Part shown: piece after piece, positions 19,199-28,765 of the stretch
How positions within the stretch are numbered: position 1 is the first letter of the stretch
How the letters are laid out: each line of letters begins with the position of its first letter
NCBI GenBank assembly: GCA_963828165.1
Contig: CAWHDR010000001.1
Location: forward strand, 160,001-224,000
Direction of reading: 5' to 3'
Source: an uncultured Chloroflexia bacterium
GTDB lineage: Bacteria; Chloroflexota; Limnocylindria; Limnocylindrales; CSP1-4
DNA length: 64,000 nt
Notes under the pieces: model-generated
Database searches by the model: none
The model's input: the letters and a program-made list of their open reading frames with translations, nothing else
What the model was told of the DNA's origin: nothing
Made by a program: the position numbers and the translations under genes

Positions 19199-20658
19199 GC
19201 GAACAACTCCTGCAGCAGCTCCAGGGCGGTCCGCTCGATGATGCCCGCCACCTCCGTCGAGAAGGGCGCGGGTTGCCCGTAACCCCGATGCGAGACCGCC
19301 GGCTCGTAGCCGCCATGCGGGTATTCGTCCGGGGTGGCCACGTAGCCGAGGCTGCCCTGGCTGTAACCCGCGAAGATGGTGACCGGGGCGGGCGACGCCG
19401 CGCGGACCGCGGTGCCGATCGCACCAAAGATCTCACCCGGGGCGCCCACGACCGCGCAGTCGCCGATCCTTGCCGCCCAGATCTCGCCATCGACCGCTGT
19501 CGCTCGGCCGCCTTCGGCCTCCTGCGCGAGCGTCGTCTCGAGCCACGAGATGTGGTAGCGGATCGGGTTCATCGTGACCCGCGTCTCGCCGGCTTCGCCA
19601 CGGGCAACCAGGTCGGCCTTCCGTTCGGCGAGCTCGCGCTCGAGGTCGGCGACGCTCGGGGGGTCGAGCAGCGGCAGCGAGACGATCCGGCGCGACGTCC
19701 GCAGCGGCTGCGCGGGCGGATCGTCAGCAACCCGTCGCCGGTACAGGGAGATCGGCGTCACCGAGCCCCAGTCGGACCGGTCGAATTCGACGGGCCACGG
19801 GTCCGCATCCGCGATGGCATGGGCGGCTTCGAGCGCGAGCCGTTCGCCGAAGATGTCGGCCGCGACCTGCGCCCCGTCGTCGTCGCGAAAGGCCTCGAGA
19901 GGCAGGGCATCGCCAGCCGCGCCCTGGAGGAAGACCGTCACGGCGCCCGGTCGCATTCCAACGCTCGCGACGGACGACCGAAGTCCACCCACGAAGTCCG
20001 GGCCCGCGCCCGGGTAGTCCGGACCGATGACCACCGGATGGCAGGCGAACGAGACGAGGGTCGCGATCCCATCCGCGTGGAGTGGGGGCCCGTCCCGCCC
20101 GTCGACGCGGATCGCGACGACGGAATCGTCGCGGACGCCCTCGGGGTTCCAGCCAAGGATGGTCCGCCCGTCCGGCGTCCGCTCCCGGCGATTGACCGCG
20201 AGGCCCTTGGCCTGTCCGACGCCACCGCTCACCCGCGCCGGTGCGAGCCGGCCGACCGCCTCAAGGGCCACCGACGCATATCGATCGGGGACGGAGTCCC
20301 AGTAGTGCAGTTCGGTCTCGGTCCAGCCGTCGAACTCGCCGCCGAGCTTGATCGTCGCGCCGGGCCATGGGGCGGCATGCGTATGGCTCGAATTCAGCAG
20401 CACGGCCGCCGGGTCGCACCCGATGACCTCCGCGACACGCGCGCGGATGCGATCCGCCATCGGCGTCGTCAGCCCGACGACGTCGGCCGCGATGATCGCC
20501 ACGGTCGTCCCGTCCCCCTCGTCGCGGAAGACGCAGGCGCTGGCCATCAGCGGCTCGTAGGCGGACCGCGCGGCGAGGGGCCGGCGGATATAGCCGAGGA
20601 GGTCCACCGGGAAGGGCGGCGTGATGTCGACCTCCGCCGCCCCGGCCATGAGGGTCAA
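19195..20658 (-). CDS. Neutral/alkaline ceramidase-like amidohydrolase
   Basis: AGAAEVDITPP, NSSHTHAAP, AVNRR, SFACHP, FLQGAAGD, PGEIF, YPHGGYE; TTG start overlaps the upstream stop. Confidence 0.85.
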   Translation of the reverse strand: MTLMAGAAEVDITPPFPVDLLGYIRRPLAARSAYEPLMASACVFRDEGDGTTVAIIAADVVGLTTPMADRIRARVAEVIGCDPAAVLLNSSHTHAAPWPGATIKLGGEFDGWTETELHYWDSVPDRYASVALEAVGRLAPARVSGGVGQAKGLAVNRRERTPDGRTILGWNPEGVRDDSVVAIRVDGRDGPPLHADGIATLVSFACHPVVIGPDYPGAGPDFVGGLRSSVASVGMRPGAVTVFLQGAAGDALPLEAFRDDDGAQVAADIFGERLALEAAHAIADADPWPVEFDRSDWGSVTPISLYRRRVADDPPAQPLRTSRRIVSLPLLDPPSVADLERELAERKADLVARGEAGETRVTMNPIRYHISWLETTLAQEAEGGRATAVDGEIWAARIGDCAVVGAPGEIFGAIGTAVRAASPAPVTIFAGYSQGSLGYVATPDEYPHGGYEPAVSHRGYGQPAPFSTEVAGIIERTALELLQELFA

Positions 20659-21380
20659 GACGCCACCTCGGCCCACGGGGCGGGATCCTCGATCGTTCGC
20701 TTGAGCGTGCCCAGGAAGCCGGCCGCCGCGACCCCATCGACGGCCCGATGGTCGGACGAGAGCGTGGCCGTCATCACCCTGCGGGCGACGATCTGTCCGT
20801 CGCGGGCGACAGGTCGCTCGACGGTCTTCGCAGTGGCCAGGATCGCGACCTGCGGCGGGGTGATGATCGCCGTGAACGCCGTCACGTCGTACATCCCGAG
20901 GTTGGACAGCGTGAACGTGCCCTCGCTGACCTCGGCCGCCCGCAGCTTGCCGGCCCGGGTCCGCGTGGCCAGGTCGCCAAGGGCCGCGGCGAGATCCGCG
21001 ATGTCGCGATCGCGGCAATCGAGGAGCGCCGGGGCGATGAGGCCGTCGTCGAGCGCGATGGCCACGCCGATATTGATGGCGTCCCACCGTTCCAGCCGAT
21101 CCCCGGCCCAGGCCGCGTTGAACGCCGGATGCTCCGCCAGGGTCAGCGCGACGGCCCGAAGAAGGAACGCCGTGACCGTGACCCGGGCCTCGCGCGCGCG
21201 TGCGCTGTTGGCCGCCGCGACGACGTCAAGGAGCGCGTCCATCTCGATCTCGGTCGACAGGTAGAAGTGCGGGATCTGCTGCTTGCTCTCGGTCATCCGC
21301 CGCGCGATGGCGCGGCGCATCGCGCTCGGCGCGACCGGCTGCCGACCCGGCGTGACGGGAGGATCGGCTTCGGCCGTCAC
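20655..21380 (-). CDS. 2-oxoacid dehydrogenase E2 catalytic (acyltransferase) domain only
   Basis: MRRAIARRMTESKQQIPHFY, GTFTLSNLGM, DHRAVDG catalytic motif. Confidence 0.9.
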   Translation of the reverse strand: MTAEADPPVTPGRQPVAPSAMRRAIARRMTESKQQIPHFYLSTEIEMDALLDVVAAANSARAREARVTVTAFLLRAVALTLAEHPAFNAAWAGDRLERWDAINIGVAIALDDGLIAPALLDCRDRDIADLAAALGDLATRTRAGKLRAAEVSEGTFTLSNLGMYDVTAFTAIITPPQVAILATAKTVERPVARDGQIVARRVMTATLSSDHRAVDGVAAAGFLGTLKRTIEDPAPWAEVAS

Positions 21381-21626
21381 CTACTCGCCGTCCTCGAGCC
21401 ATGCGATCGCCTCACCGACCGGAACCTCGTCGCCGGCATCGTGGACGATCTCGGCGAGGACCCCGGACGCGGTCGCCTCCATCTCGACGGTGGACTTGTC
21501 CGTCTCGATCTCGGCGATGACATCCCCGCGGGCGATCGTGTCGCCGACGCGCTTGAGCCAGCTGCCTACTTTGCCTGATTCCATGTCGTAGCCGAGCTTC
21601 GGCATCTCGACGGCGATCCGCCCCAT
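21381..21626 (-). CDS. Stand-alone lipoyl domain
   Basis: MPKLG...EIETDKSTVE (lipoyl-Lys motif), 81 aa, TAG abuts the E2 GTG. Confidence 0.9.
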   Translation of the reverse strand: MGRIAVEMPKLGYDMESGKVGSWLKRVGDTIARGDVIAEIETDKSTVEMEATASGVLAEIVHDAGDEVPVGEAIAWLEDGE

Positions 21627-21680
21627 CGGGTCTCCTCTACACGTGTCAGACCGCCATCCCCGGCTGCGGCGCCGGTGCGG

Positions 21681-21694
21681 TGCAAGCGTTTCCA
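21681..21694. promoter_or_regulatory. LacI-type operator-like site
   Basis: tgcaagcgtttcca in the divergent intergenic region. Confidence 0.5.
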
Positions 21695-21761
21695 GCCGCT
21701 ATCATACCGGCACCAACGACCGGGCTTACAAGGGCCCGACGACGCACCCGGGAGGCGGTCC

Positions 21762-22055
21762 GTGGAGTTCCTGGTCAACATCGAGATAGGGTGGCCGGCC
21801 GACGGAGATCCCGAGGAGCTGGCGAGGCTCACCGCGGCGGAACGCGTGCGTGGTGCAGAACTCGGGGCGGCCGGCACGATCCGGCGCATGTGGCGGGTCC
21901 CTGGCCGGCGTGCCAACTGGGGCATATGGGAAGCGGAAGATGCGACCGCGCTCCACGCCGCCATCGGTTCCTTGCCGTTCTTCCCGTACCTGGACGTCAA
22001 GGTCATCCCGCTGGCCGCTCACCCCAACGACCCGGAACGCGCCGGCGGCAAGTAG
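21762..22055 (+). CDS. Muconolactone delta-isomerase family protein
   Basis: EFLVNIEI...AAERVRGAEL...MWRVPGRRANWGIW...SLPFFPYLDVKVIPLAAHP; GGAGG RBS. Confidence 0.85.
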   Translation: MEFLVNIEIGWPADGDPEELARLTAAERVRGAELGAAGTIRRMWRVPGRRANWGIWEAEDATALHAAIGSLPFFPYLDVKVIPLAAHPNDPERAGGK

Positions 22056-22120
22056 CGCCCGGTCAAACCTGACGGGGCGGCGACCGAGGCAGTGGCGACC
22101 GTATCGACGCTTCGCTCGGT

Positions 22121-22145
22121 GGTATCGTTTCGGCAATCGTTTCCG
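22121..22145. promoter_or_regulatory. Tandem LacI-type operator-like sites
   Basis: ggtatcgtttcg and ggcaatcgtttccg just upstream of the RBS. Confidence 0.5.
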
Positions 22146-22158
22146 ATGGGAGGTTGTC

Positions 22159-23292
22159 GTGTCGGTCGTGACGCGGGTCCGTGCATTCCCGGTCCAGTAC
22201 ATCGAGCCCAACAACGACGGGAAGCTCCGGTCGTTGACGTTGGTTGCGGTCGATACGGACGACGGAGCGACAGGCTGGGGTGAGGCGATCTCCGGGACGG
22301 TCGAGACGAGTCTGGCGGTCGCCTTCCTCGCGGAACGTCGCCTGGCACCGATGGTCCATGGCAAAAACCCGCGCAACGTGCGACAGATCTGGCAGGACAT
22401 CCGCGATGCGACCTTTTGGGACGGCAACGGCGGCGTGCTCACGTTCGCACACTCAGCCATCGATATGGCCCTGTGGGATCTCGCTGGCATCGTCCAGGAT
22501 CGTCCGCTGTACGAGCTCCTCGGCGGACGCCGCACGGATCGGATCCGAGCGTGCGCAAGCACCATCTTCGCCACCGGCGATCTCGATCGGATCCGCTCCG
22601 AGTACGGCGGATTCGCTGCAGAGGGCTACACCGCCGTGAAAGGCGGCTGGGGCCACGACCTCTCTATCGCCTTCGGACGCGATGCCACTCGCGACCTCGC
22701 CGTCGCCCACGCGGTCCGGGATGCGGTGGGGCCTGACGTGGACGTCATCTGCGACGTCGTGGCGCTGGCCGGGTGGACTGCCGAGCATGGGATCGACGTC
22801 GCGCGGCGGCTGGCCGATGAGGTCGGGCTCTACTGGCTCGAGGACCCGTTCCTCGAGGAGGACCTGGTGGCCTACAGGGCCCTCAAGGATGCCCTGCCCG
22901 ACCAGCGCATCTGCACCGGCGAGAAGGGCTGGATCGAGCCGCACTACCGGCGCCTGGTGGCCAGCGGGATCGACGTCGTGATGCTCGATCCTGGACGAGC
23001 CGAGGGCGTGACCGGGACCTGGAACGTGATCGAGATGGCCCGCCAGGCCGGCAGGTCGTGGAATGCGCACTCGTGGAGCTCCGCCGTCAACACAGCGGCC
23101 TGCCTGCAGATGGCCGCGGCTTCCAGCAACGTCCTGGTCCTGGAGCTCAAGCCCGTCCCATCACCGATGCAGGACGACATCGTGCGCACGCCGATCCGCC
23201 AGGAGGCCGGCTACCTGGCCGTAAGCGATCGACCGGGCCTCGGCGTCGAGGTCGACGAAGCCGCCGTTCGGAGCTTCGTCGTCACTGCCTGA
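22159..23292 (+). CDS. Mandelate racemase/muconate lactonizing enzyme family (enolase superfamily), paralog 1
   Basis: GWGE, SAIDMALWDL, metal ligands in ICDV / WLEDP / TGEK, AHSW, PGLGVEVD. Confidence 0.92.
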   Translation: MSVVTRVRAFPVQYIEPNNDGKLRSLTLVAVDTDDGATGWGEAISGTVETSLAVAFLAERRLAPMVHGKNPRNVRQIWQDIRDATFWDGNGGVLTFAHSAIDMALWDLAGIVQDRPLYELLGGRRTDRIRACASTIFATGDLDRIRSEYGGFAAEGYTAVKGGWGHDLSIAFGRDATRDLAVAHAVRDAVGPDVDVICDVVALAGWTAEHGIDVARRLADEVGLYWLEDPFLEEDLVAYRALKDALPDQRICTGEKGWIEPHYRRLVASGIDVVMLDPGRAEGVTGTWNVIEMARQAGRSWNAHSWSSAVNTAACLQMAAASSNVLVLELKPVPSPMQDDIVRTPIRQEAGYLAVSDRPGLGVEVDEAAVRSFVVTA

Positions 23293-23340
23293 CCCTGCGT
23301 CGAACCAGGAACCAGATCGAGTAGTCAGAGGAGTGCGTAC

Positions 23341-23724
23341 ATGACCAAGCAATTCGTGGGCTACGGCGTGGATGCCGTGTCACTCGCCCCGGTATCACCG
23401 GGCATCGAGGTCGACGGGTGGTTATTCGTCAGTGGCCAGGTTGCGCTCGACCCGGCGGCCGGCAAGCTGCAGCTCGGGACGATCCAGGAGGAGACGCACC
23501 TCGTCCTCCAGAACATCGGCAAGATCCTGGAGCAGGGCGGCTGTGGCTTCGAGGACGTCGTGCGGACCACCATCCACATCGGCACGCTCGACGACTTCGC
23601 CGGCATGAACGAGGTCTACCGCGAGTACTTCACGGGCGTCCTACCGACTCGAACCACGGTCCAGTCAGGGTTGTTCGGCGGCTGCAAGGTCGAGATCGAC
23701 GCGATTGCCCGTATCCCTCGCTGA
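23341..23724 (+). CDS. RidA/YjgF family protein
   Basis: LFVSGQV, FAGMNEVYREYF..LPTRTTV, KVEIDAIA. Confidence 0.92.
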   Translation: MTKQFVGYGVDAVSLAPVSPGIEVDGWLFVSGQVALDPAAGKLQLGTIQEETHLVLQNIGKILEQGGCGFEDVVRTTIHIGTLDDFAGMNEVYREYFTGVLPTRTTVQSGLFGGCKVEIDAIARIPR

Positions 23725-23742
23725 CGCCCGACCAGAGATCGA

Positions 23743-24651
23743 TCAGGCCTCGCCGGTCAGCGCGCGTCGCGGATTCTGGTCGAGGACCTGGTCGATCTCA
23801 TCGTCGCCCATGCCGGCATCGCGTAGGCGTGGGACGACCTTGGTCAGGATGAACCCGTAGCCTGCACCGCCGTGGGCGGCCAGCTGCGACACCGCACAGA
23901 TGTCCTGCGACAGAAGGACGCTGTCAAGGTAGCCCGCATCGACCAGCTCGAGGATGCCCTTGATACGGTCCTCCAGCAGTCGTCCCTCGTTGCGGATCGT
24001 GTCGAACTGCACGAACGCGCCGCGTGCTGCCACGGCCAGCCGATAGCCGGGCGTGGCGACCGTATCGCAGTGGCCGATGATTACCCGCCGTGGGTCGACG
24101 CCGGCCGATTCCAGCACATCGAGCTGCTTGGTCCCGACCGGCCAGACGACCGCATGAGTGGTGATGGTCAGCCCCGTCGCGAGGTGGGCGTACGCCGCCG
24201 CCCGGAAGGACCGTTCCTCAGCGGCTGACATGTACTCGCGGTCGCACCCGATCTCGCCGATGATGCCCGGCCGGACCCCGTCCTGGCCATCCCTGATCTG
24301 GCGGACCATGTCCTCGCCGATCTCGAGATGGTCGTAGCGGTCGAAATACGCCCGGTCCAGGTACGGATCACGGTAGTGACCGACCCCCATGATGATGTGC
24401 AAGCCCGATCTTTCGGCCAGGGCCTTCAGGCGCCGTGGCTGCGGCCGGAGTTCGGCGGTGCTGCACTCCACGATCGTCCTGCCGCCCAAGTCGGCGAAGG
24501 TCGTGATCTCTGACAGGGCCAGTTCGTCGTCGTCCAGAACCCCGTCGCGCCGGAGCTCGCGGAAGAAGCTCGAGAGCAAGTGCTCGTGCATGAGGGTCGT
24601 TCCAAGGACCGCCGCGTCGACAGGCCCGGCCACGGTCATTACATCCGTCAC
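23743..24651 (-). CDS. Phosphotriesterase-related (Php-like) amidohydrolase 1
   Basis: TVAGPV, TLMHEH, GIIGEIG, TTH, IGHCD, LSQD. Confidence 0.92.
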   Translation of the reverse strand: MTDVMTVAGPVDAAVLGTTLMHEHLLSSFFRELRRDGVLDDDELALSEITTFADLGGRTIVECSTAELRPQPRRLKALAERSGLHIIMGVGHYRDPYLDRAYFDRYDHLEIGEDMVRQIRDGQDGVRPGIIGEIGCDREYMSAAEERSFRAAAYAHLATGLTITTHAVVWPVGTKQLDVLESAGVDPRRVIIGHCDTVATPGYRLAVAARGAFVQFDTIRNEGRLLEDRIKGILELVDAGYLDSVLLSQDICAVSQLAAHGGAGYGFILTKVVPRLRDAGMGDDEIDQVLDQNPRRALTGEA

Positions 24652-25586
24652 GTCGGCATCGCTCCTGTATCTGATCCTCCGAGCATGCGGCGGGGGTTAA
24701 GCACCAGCAGCTGGTCGAGTTCGTCGTCGCCGAAGCCGCGAGCACGGAGTCGTGCGGCGAAGTCCAGCAGCACGTGGGCATAGCCACTGCCGCCGAACTG
24801 CACGAGCGCTGGACGCTTGCACACATCGGACGAGATGAGGACCCGGTCCAAGAGGCCCCGATCGGCCAGCCGTGCGACCTGCTCGACTCGCCAGGCGTCC
24901 GAATCCTTGTCCTCCTGGCCGATGGTATCGAAGGCGAGCCAGGCACCTCGAGCGAGGATTTCGTCGTGGTAGACCGTCGATCGACATGTGTCGGCGTGAC
25001 CGATGACCACCCGGCTCGAATCGGCTCCGGCCGCCTCGAGGATGTCGAGTTGGGCGAGTCCCACGGTCGTGAACAGGGCGTGCGTCGCAATGGCGGCCCC
25101 CGTCGCGCGCTGCGCCCGGGCAGCGGCCTGGAAAACTCGGTGCTCGACCGGGTCGATGTCGCGATGACCGGTCGCGATCTCGCCGATAATCCCGGCCCGA
25201 ATCCGGCTGGGCCCGAGGCCGTCCACCAAGGCTTCGACGAAGTAGCGCTCAAGGGCGTCGTCGGACGCTTTGTCCACCCACGGCGGACGGAACTTGCGCC
25301 AGTAGATCCCGACCCCGGCGACGATAAAGACCCCGGACGCCAGAGAGACCCGCCGCAGGCCCTCAAGATCCGGGTGCAACCCAAGCGTCGTCTGTTCGAC
25401 GATGGTGCGCCCGCCGGCGGCCCGGAACATACCGAGTTCCGCCGTGGCGATGTCCTCGTCCAAGAGCACCCCGGCCGCGTTCATCGACACCTCGTACATG
25501 TCGATCAGGACGTGCTCGTGCACGAGCGTGGTGCCCATCGCGGCACTGGCGATGGGACCGGTGACCGTTTGGACCACTGACGTCAC
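24648..25586 (-). CDS. Phosphotriesterase-related amidohydrolase 2
   Basis: QTVTGP, TLVHEH, GIIGEIA, ATH, IGHAD, ISSD. Confidence 0.92.
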   Translation of the reverse strand: MTSVVQTVTGPIASAAMGTTLVHEHVLIDMYEVSMNAAGVLLDEDIATAELGMFRAAGGRTIVEQTTLGLHPDLEGLRRVSLASGVFIVAGVGIYWRKFRPPWVDKASDDALERYFVEALVDGLGPSRIRAGIIGEIATGHRDIDPVEHRVFQAAARAQRATGAAIATHALFTTVGLAQLDILEAAGADSSRVVIGHADTCRSTVYHDEILARGAWLAFDTIGQEDKDSDAWRVEQVARLADRGLLDRVLISSDVCKRPALVQFGGSGYAHVLLDFAARLRARGFGDDELDQLLVLNPRRMLGGSDTGAMPT

Positions 25587-25776
25587 GTCGTCTCGTCCCG
25601 GGCGCTCACCGGCAAGGCGACACGACGTGCTGTGGTCGCGCTCGGCCGGTAGCCATGTGGACATCGCTCCGCGATCGTGCCGTATCGGCGGGTGACGTGG
25701 TCAAGGCATGGACGTCGCGGCGATGATATTGCGCGCAAACCCCACCGTGAAGCCTTGCGTCGGGGTGAGGACGACC

Positions 25777-25845
25777 ATGGACGAGCGGAATCAGGAAGCA
25801 GACGTCGTGATCGTCGGGGACGGGATCATGGGGATGAGCGAAACG
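25777..25845 (+). pseudogene. Orphan N-terminal FAD-binding (Rossmann) fragment
   Basis: MDERNQEADVVIVGDGIMGMS resembles ADVVIVGGGIMG of FAD oxidoreductases; GAGGA upstream; the rest is not protein-like. Confidence 0.4.
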
Positions 25846-25949
25846 CTGAGCCATTCTCGAGATGGACTCCGCACCTACGGGTGTGCTAGCGTCCTGCAAA
25901 CGCTACCGGGATGCATTACGGGAACCCGGATGCGCTCTGAGGAGGTGGC

Positions 25950-27017
25950 ATGCGTCAACGACACGCTCGACCGATCCGCGGGCTCGCACTAGTCGCGGTG
26001 CTCAGCCTGGCGGCCTGCTCGACCGGCGGAGGGTCTACCACAGCTCCATCTGCCTCCACAGGCGCGACGACCGCGCCGGCATCGGGAACTCCATCTGGCC
26101 CGGTAGCGGCGGAATTCAAGCTGCGCGGTGCGAACGCCGTCGGCGGGGACACGTCATTCGGCAAGGCGTACGAGATGTTCGCCACCTGCCTGAACGAGCG
26201 GACGAACGGGTTGATCGAGCTCGAGATCTTCCACGACGCCCAGCTCGGATCTGACGCCGAGGCCCTTGAGCTCGCGCAGAACGGCGCGCTCGACTTCACG
26301 GAGACCACCATCTACAGCAATATCATCCCCCTGGGAACGGTCTTCGACCTGCCCTTCGTCTTCCAGGACGAGGATCACTGGCGTGAAGTCACGACAGGTG
26401 CTCCGGGCCAGGCGGTCATCGACGCCGGCGCCGGCAGCGGCATCAAGATCCTGAGCTACCACCTGGGTGGCTGGCGCGATACCTACGGCAACGTCAAGAT
26501 CGAGAGCGTCGACGACCTCAAGGGCCTCAAGCTGCGGACGCTGCAGTCGCCGGCCTACGTGGAACTCTTCCAGGCGCTCGGCGCCACCCCGGTGCCACTC
26601 GCCTTTGGCGAGGTCTATCTGGCGCTCCAGCAGGGCACCCTCGATGGGGCCGAGACGGCCCTTCCTTCGATGTACGACGCCAAGCATCACGAGGTGTCCA
26701 AGTTCGTCGCCCAAACCCATCACGGCCTGAGCAGCGTCGTCTGGGTCATCGCCGAGGCAACGTGGGACAAGCTCCCGGCCGACGCCCAGACGGTCGTCGT
26801 GGAATGCGACCGCGAGGCGACGGACTTCCAAGTCGAGACCCAACTTGCTGACGCTGAGCGGATCGACCGTGACCTCCAAGAAGTCGAGGGCATGGAGTTC
26901 ACCCAGCCCGATCTCGCCCCATTCCGCACGGTCGCGCAGGACCAGGTCTATCCGAAGCTGATCACGGCCGACGACCAGAAGGCCTTGCTGCAGCAGGTCA
27001 TCGACCTCGGGACCTAA
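25950..27017 (+). CDS. dctP: TRAP transporter substrate-binding lipoprotein
   Basis: Lipobox LAAC; AQLGSD, DLKGLKLR, LGATPVPLAFGEVYLALQQGTLDGAE. Confidence 0.92.
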   Translation: MRQRHARPIRGLALVAVLSLAACSTGGGSTTAPSASTGATTAPASGTPSGPVAAEFKLRGANAVGGDTSFGKAYEMFATCLNERTNGLIELEIFHDAQLGSDAEALELAQNGALDFTETTIYSNIIPLGTVFDLPFVFQDEDHWREVTTGAPGQAVIDAGAGSGIKILSYHLGGWRDTYGNVKIESVDDLKGLKLRTLQSPAYVELFQALGATPVPLAFGEVYLALQQGTLDGAETALPSMYDAKHHEVSKFVAQTHHGLSSVVWVIAEATWDKLPADAQTVVVECDREATDFQVETQLADAERIDRDLQEVEGMEFTQPDLAPFRTVAQDQVYPKLITADDQKALLQQVIDLGT

Positions 27018-27071
27018 TTCGGGACACATCGAGCGCGGGGCATATGTCCCGCGCTCGGTGTGGCCGTCGCC

Positions 27072-28208
27072 ATGCTCGGTCGCTACGTCCTTGCTGCCCT
27101 CCTGGCCCAATCCGGGTTCCATCTCTTCACCGCGCTGCTGCCGTTCCAGATGGCGCAGCTGGGCGCCGCCGACCTGGCCATCGGGGTCGTCGTCGGGCTC
27201 GGCGGGTTGACCCAGGTCCCGGCCGCTCTGGGCATGGGACGGCTGACCAGCCGCGTCGGCGTCGAGATAGTGCTTCGCATCGCGCTCTTGTGCTATGCGA
27301 TTGGTTCGGTGTTGATCTTCATCGGAGTTAGTCGCGTCGATGTCCTGGTCCCCGCAACGGGTCTTGGGCGATCTCTCCACGGGGTCGGATACGGGCTGCT
27401 CATCCCCGCTTCGCTGACGCTGGTGGCGTCGCTCGCCATTGGTCCGGCGCGCTCGAAGTCACTGGGAGCCACCGCCAGCGCGATGCATGTCGCGTTCATC
27501 GTCTTTCCGCCCATGGCGCTCTTGCTCCACCAGGTCGGAGGTATCGTGCTCGTCGTCTCCGTGGCGCTGGTCCTGCTCGGCCTCTCGTTCGTCGGCTTCC
27601 GTGACGGGGGGCGCGACGGACGAGCGGCCGCGCCCGTCAGCAACGCCATCGCACCCCTGTCGCTCGGATTGCTGGTCCACGTGGGCATCGGCCTGCACCT
27701 GGCCATGCAAGGCGTGCTGTTCACGCGATTGCCGATCTATGCGGACCCACAGATCGCCTCGCTCTTCTTCGTGGCGATCGGCATCGGCGTCGTGTCGGCA
27801 CGACTGCTACTGAGCCGTGTCCCCGCCGCGGATTCGACGGTGGTGCTCGTCGTTTCGACGATCCTGTGCGTCGTCGGCCTCGTCGTGCTGGCCGTAACGC
27901 GTGACGCCGTGGTTGTGCCGTTGACGGGGCTCTTGATGGGCGCAGCCTCGGGCCTGATGATGCAGCTGTTGACCGAGTGGCTGACCGGTGGCCCGGCCTA
28001 TCACCATGCCGTCCATCTGTCGCGCTTCTCGGCAGCCATGGCCATCGGGTTGGGGGTCGGATCCATCGCCTCCTCGTCCTTTCCGGTCGCCGATCCCATC
28101 CGAGGCCCCATCCCAGCTCTAGCCGCCACCGCGATGGTCGCCGCCTGTTGCGCGGCGGTCGGAAAGCGCCATCTCGATACCGCGAACCAACGTCCACGAG
28201 CCACGTAG
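27072..28208 (+). CDS. MFS transporter (divergent)
   Basis: About 12 hydrophobic segments; GRLTSRVG motif-A-like; GRSLHGVG. Confidence 0.75.
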   Translation: MLGRYVLAALLAQSGFHLFTALLPFQMAQLGAADLAIGVVVGLGGLTQVPAALGMGRLTSRVGVEIVLRIALLCYAIGSVLIFIGVSRVDVLVPATGLGRSLHGVGYGLLIPASLTLVASLAIGPARSKSLGATASAMHVAFIVFPPMALLLHQVGGIVLVVSVALVLLGLSFVGFRDGGRDGRAAAPVSNAIAPLSLGLLVHVGIGLHLAMQGVLFTRLPIYADPQIASLFFVAIGIGVVSARLLLSRVPAADSTVVLVVSTILCVVGLVVLAVTRDAVVVPLTGLLMGAASGLMMQLLTEWLTGGPAYHHAVHLSRFSAAMAIGLGVGSIASSSFPVADPIRGPIPALAATAMVAACCAAVGKRHLDTANQRPRAT

Positions 28209-28216
28209 GAGCGCAG

Positions 28217-28762
28217 ATGCGATCACCGACCGATCCCCAGAAGCCGGCCAACGAACTCCCGCTGCCGGCCCTCGGACGCGCCGCGAGCGCCGTTTCCGGC
28301 ATCTTCCTGGCCGCCGTCGTCATCCTCGTGCTCATCGGGGTCATCGCCCGGTACGTCGTGAGCATCTCGCTCCCATGGGCCGAAGAGGTAGCCCGCATGA
28401 TGCTGGTGTGGCTGACCTTCGGCGGGGCGGCGGCGGCCACCTTCCGGATGACCCATATCCGGGTTGACACGATCTACGGGCGCTTCCCTGAGGGACGGGC
28501 CCGAGTCATCCTCGAGATCACGGCGATCGTGCTGACCATCGCGGCACTCGTGGTCCTGATGTGGGCCTCCCGCGGACTCCTGTTCGGTCCGTCAGCGGGA
28601 GCCATCAACCCGGGATCTGGAATCGAAGCACGCTGGACACGGATCGCCCTGCCCATCGCCTCGGTCGTGATGATCGCGTTCCTGATCGCGCAGCTGCGGT
28701 ACGTGATCAAGCACCGGCGCATGCCGACCCCGCCCTCCGAAGGCCCGCGGGACGAGGTCTAG
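28217..28762 (+). CDS. dctQ: TRAP transporter small permease
   Basis: VIARYV..SLPWAEEVARMMLVWLTFGGA, HIRVD. Confidence 0.9.
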   Translation: MRSPTDPQKPANELPLPALGRAASAVSGIFLAAVVILVLIGVIARYVVSISLPWAEEVARMMLVWLTFGGAAAATFRMTHIRVDTIYGRFPEGRARVILEITAIVLTIAALVVLMWASRGLLFGPSAGAINPGSGIEARWTRIALPIASVVMIAFLIAQLRYVIKHRRMPTPPSEGPRDEV

Positions 28763-28765
28763 GCG

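Noticed and set aside
21762-23292. Classical catBC (beta-ketoadipate) pathway
   Set aside because: The enolase-family protein lacks the MLE KxK motif and has an MR-type His; no catA or pcaD in the window
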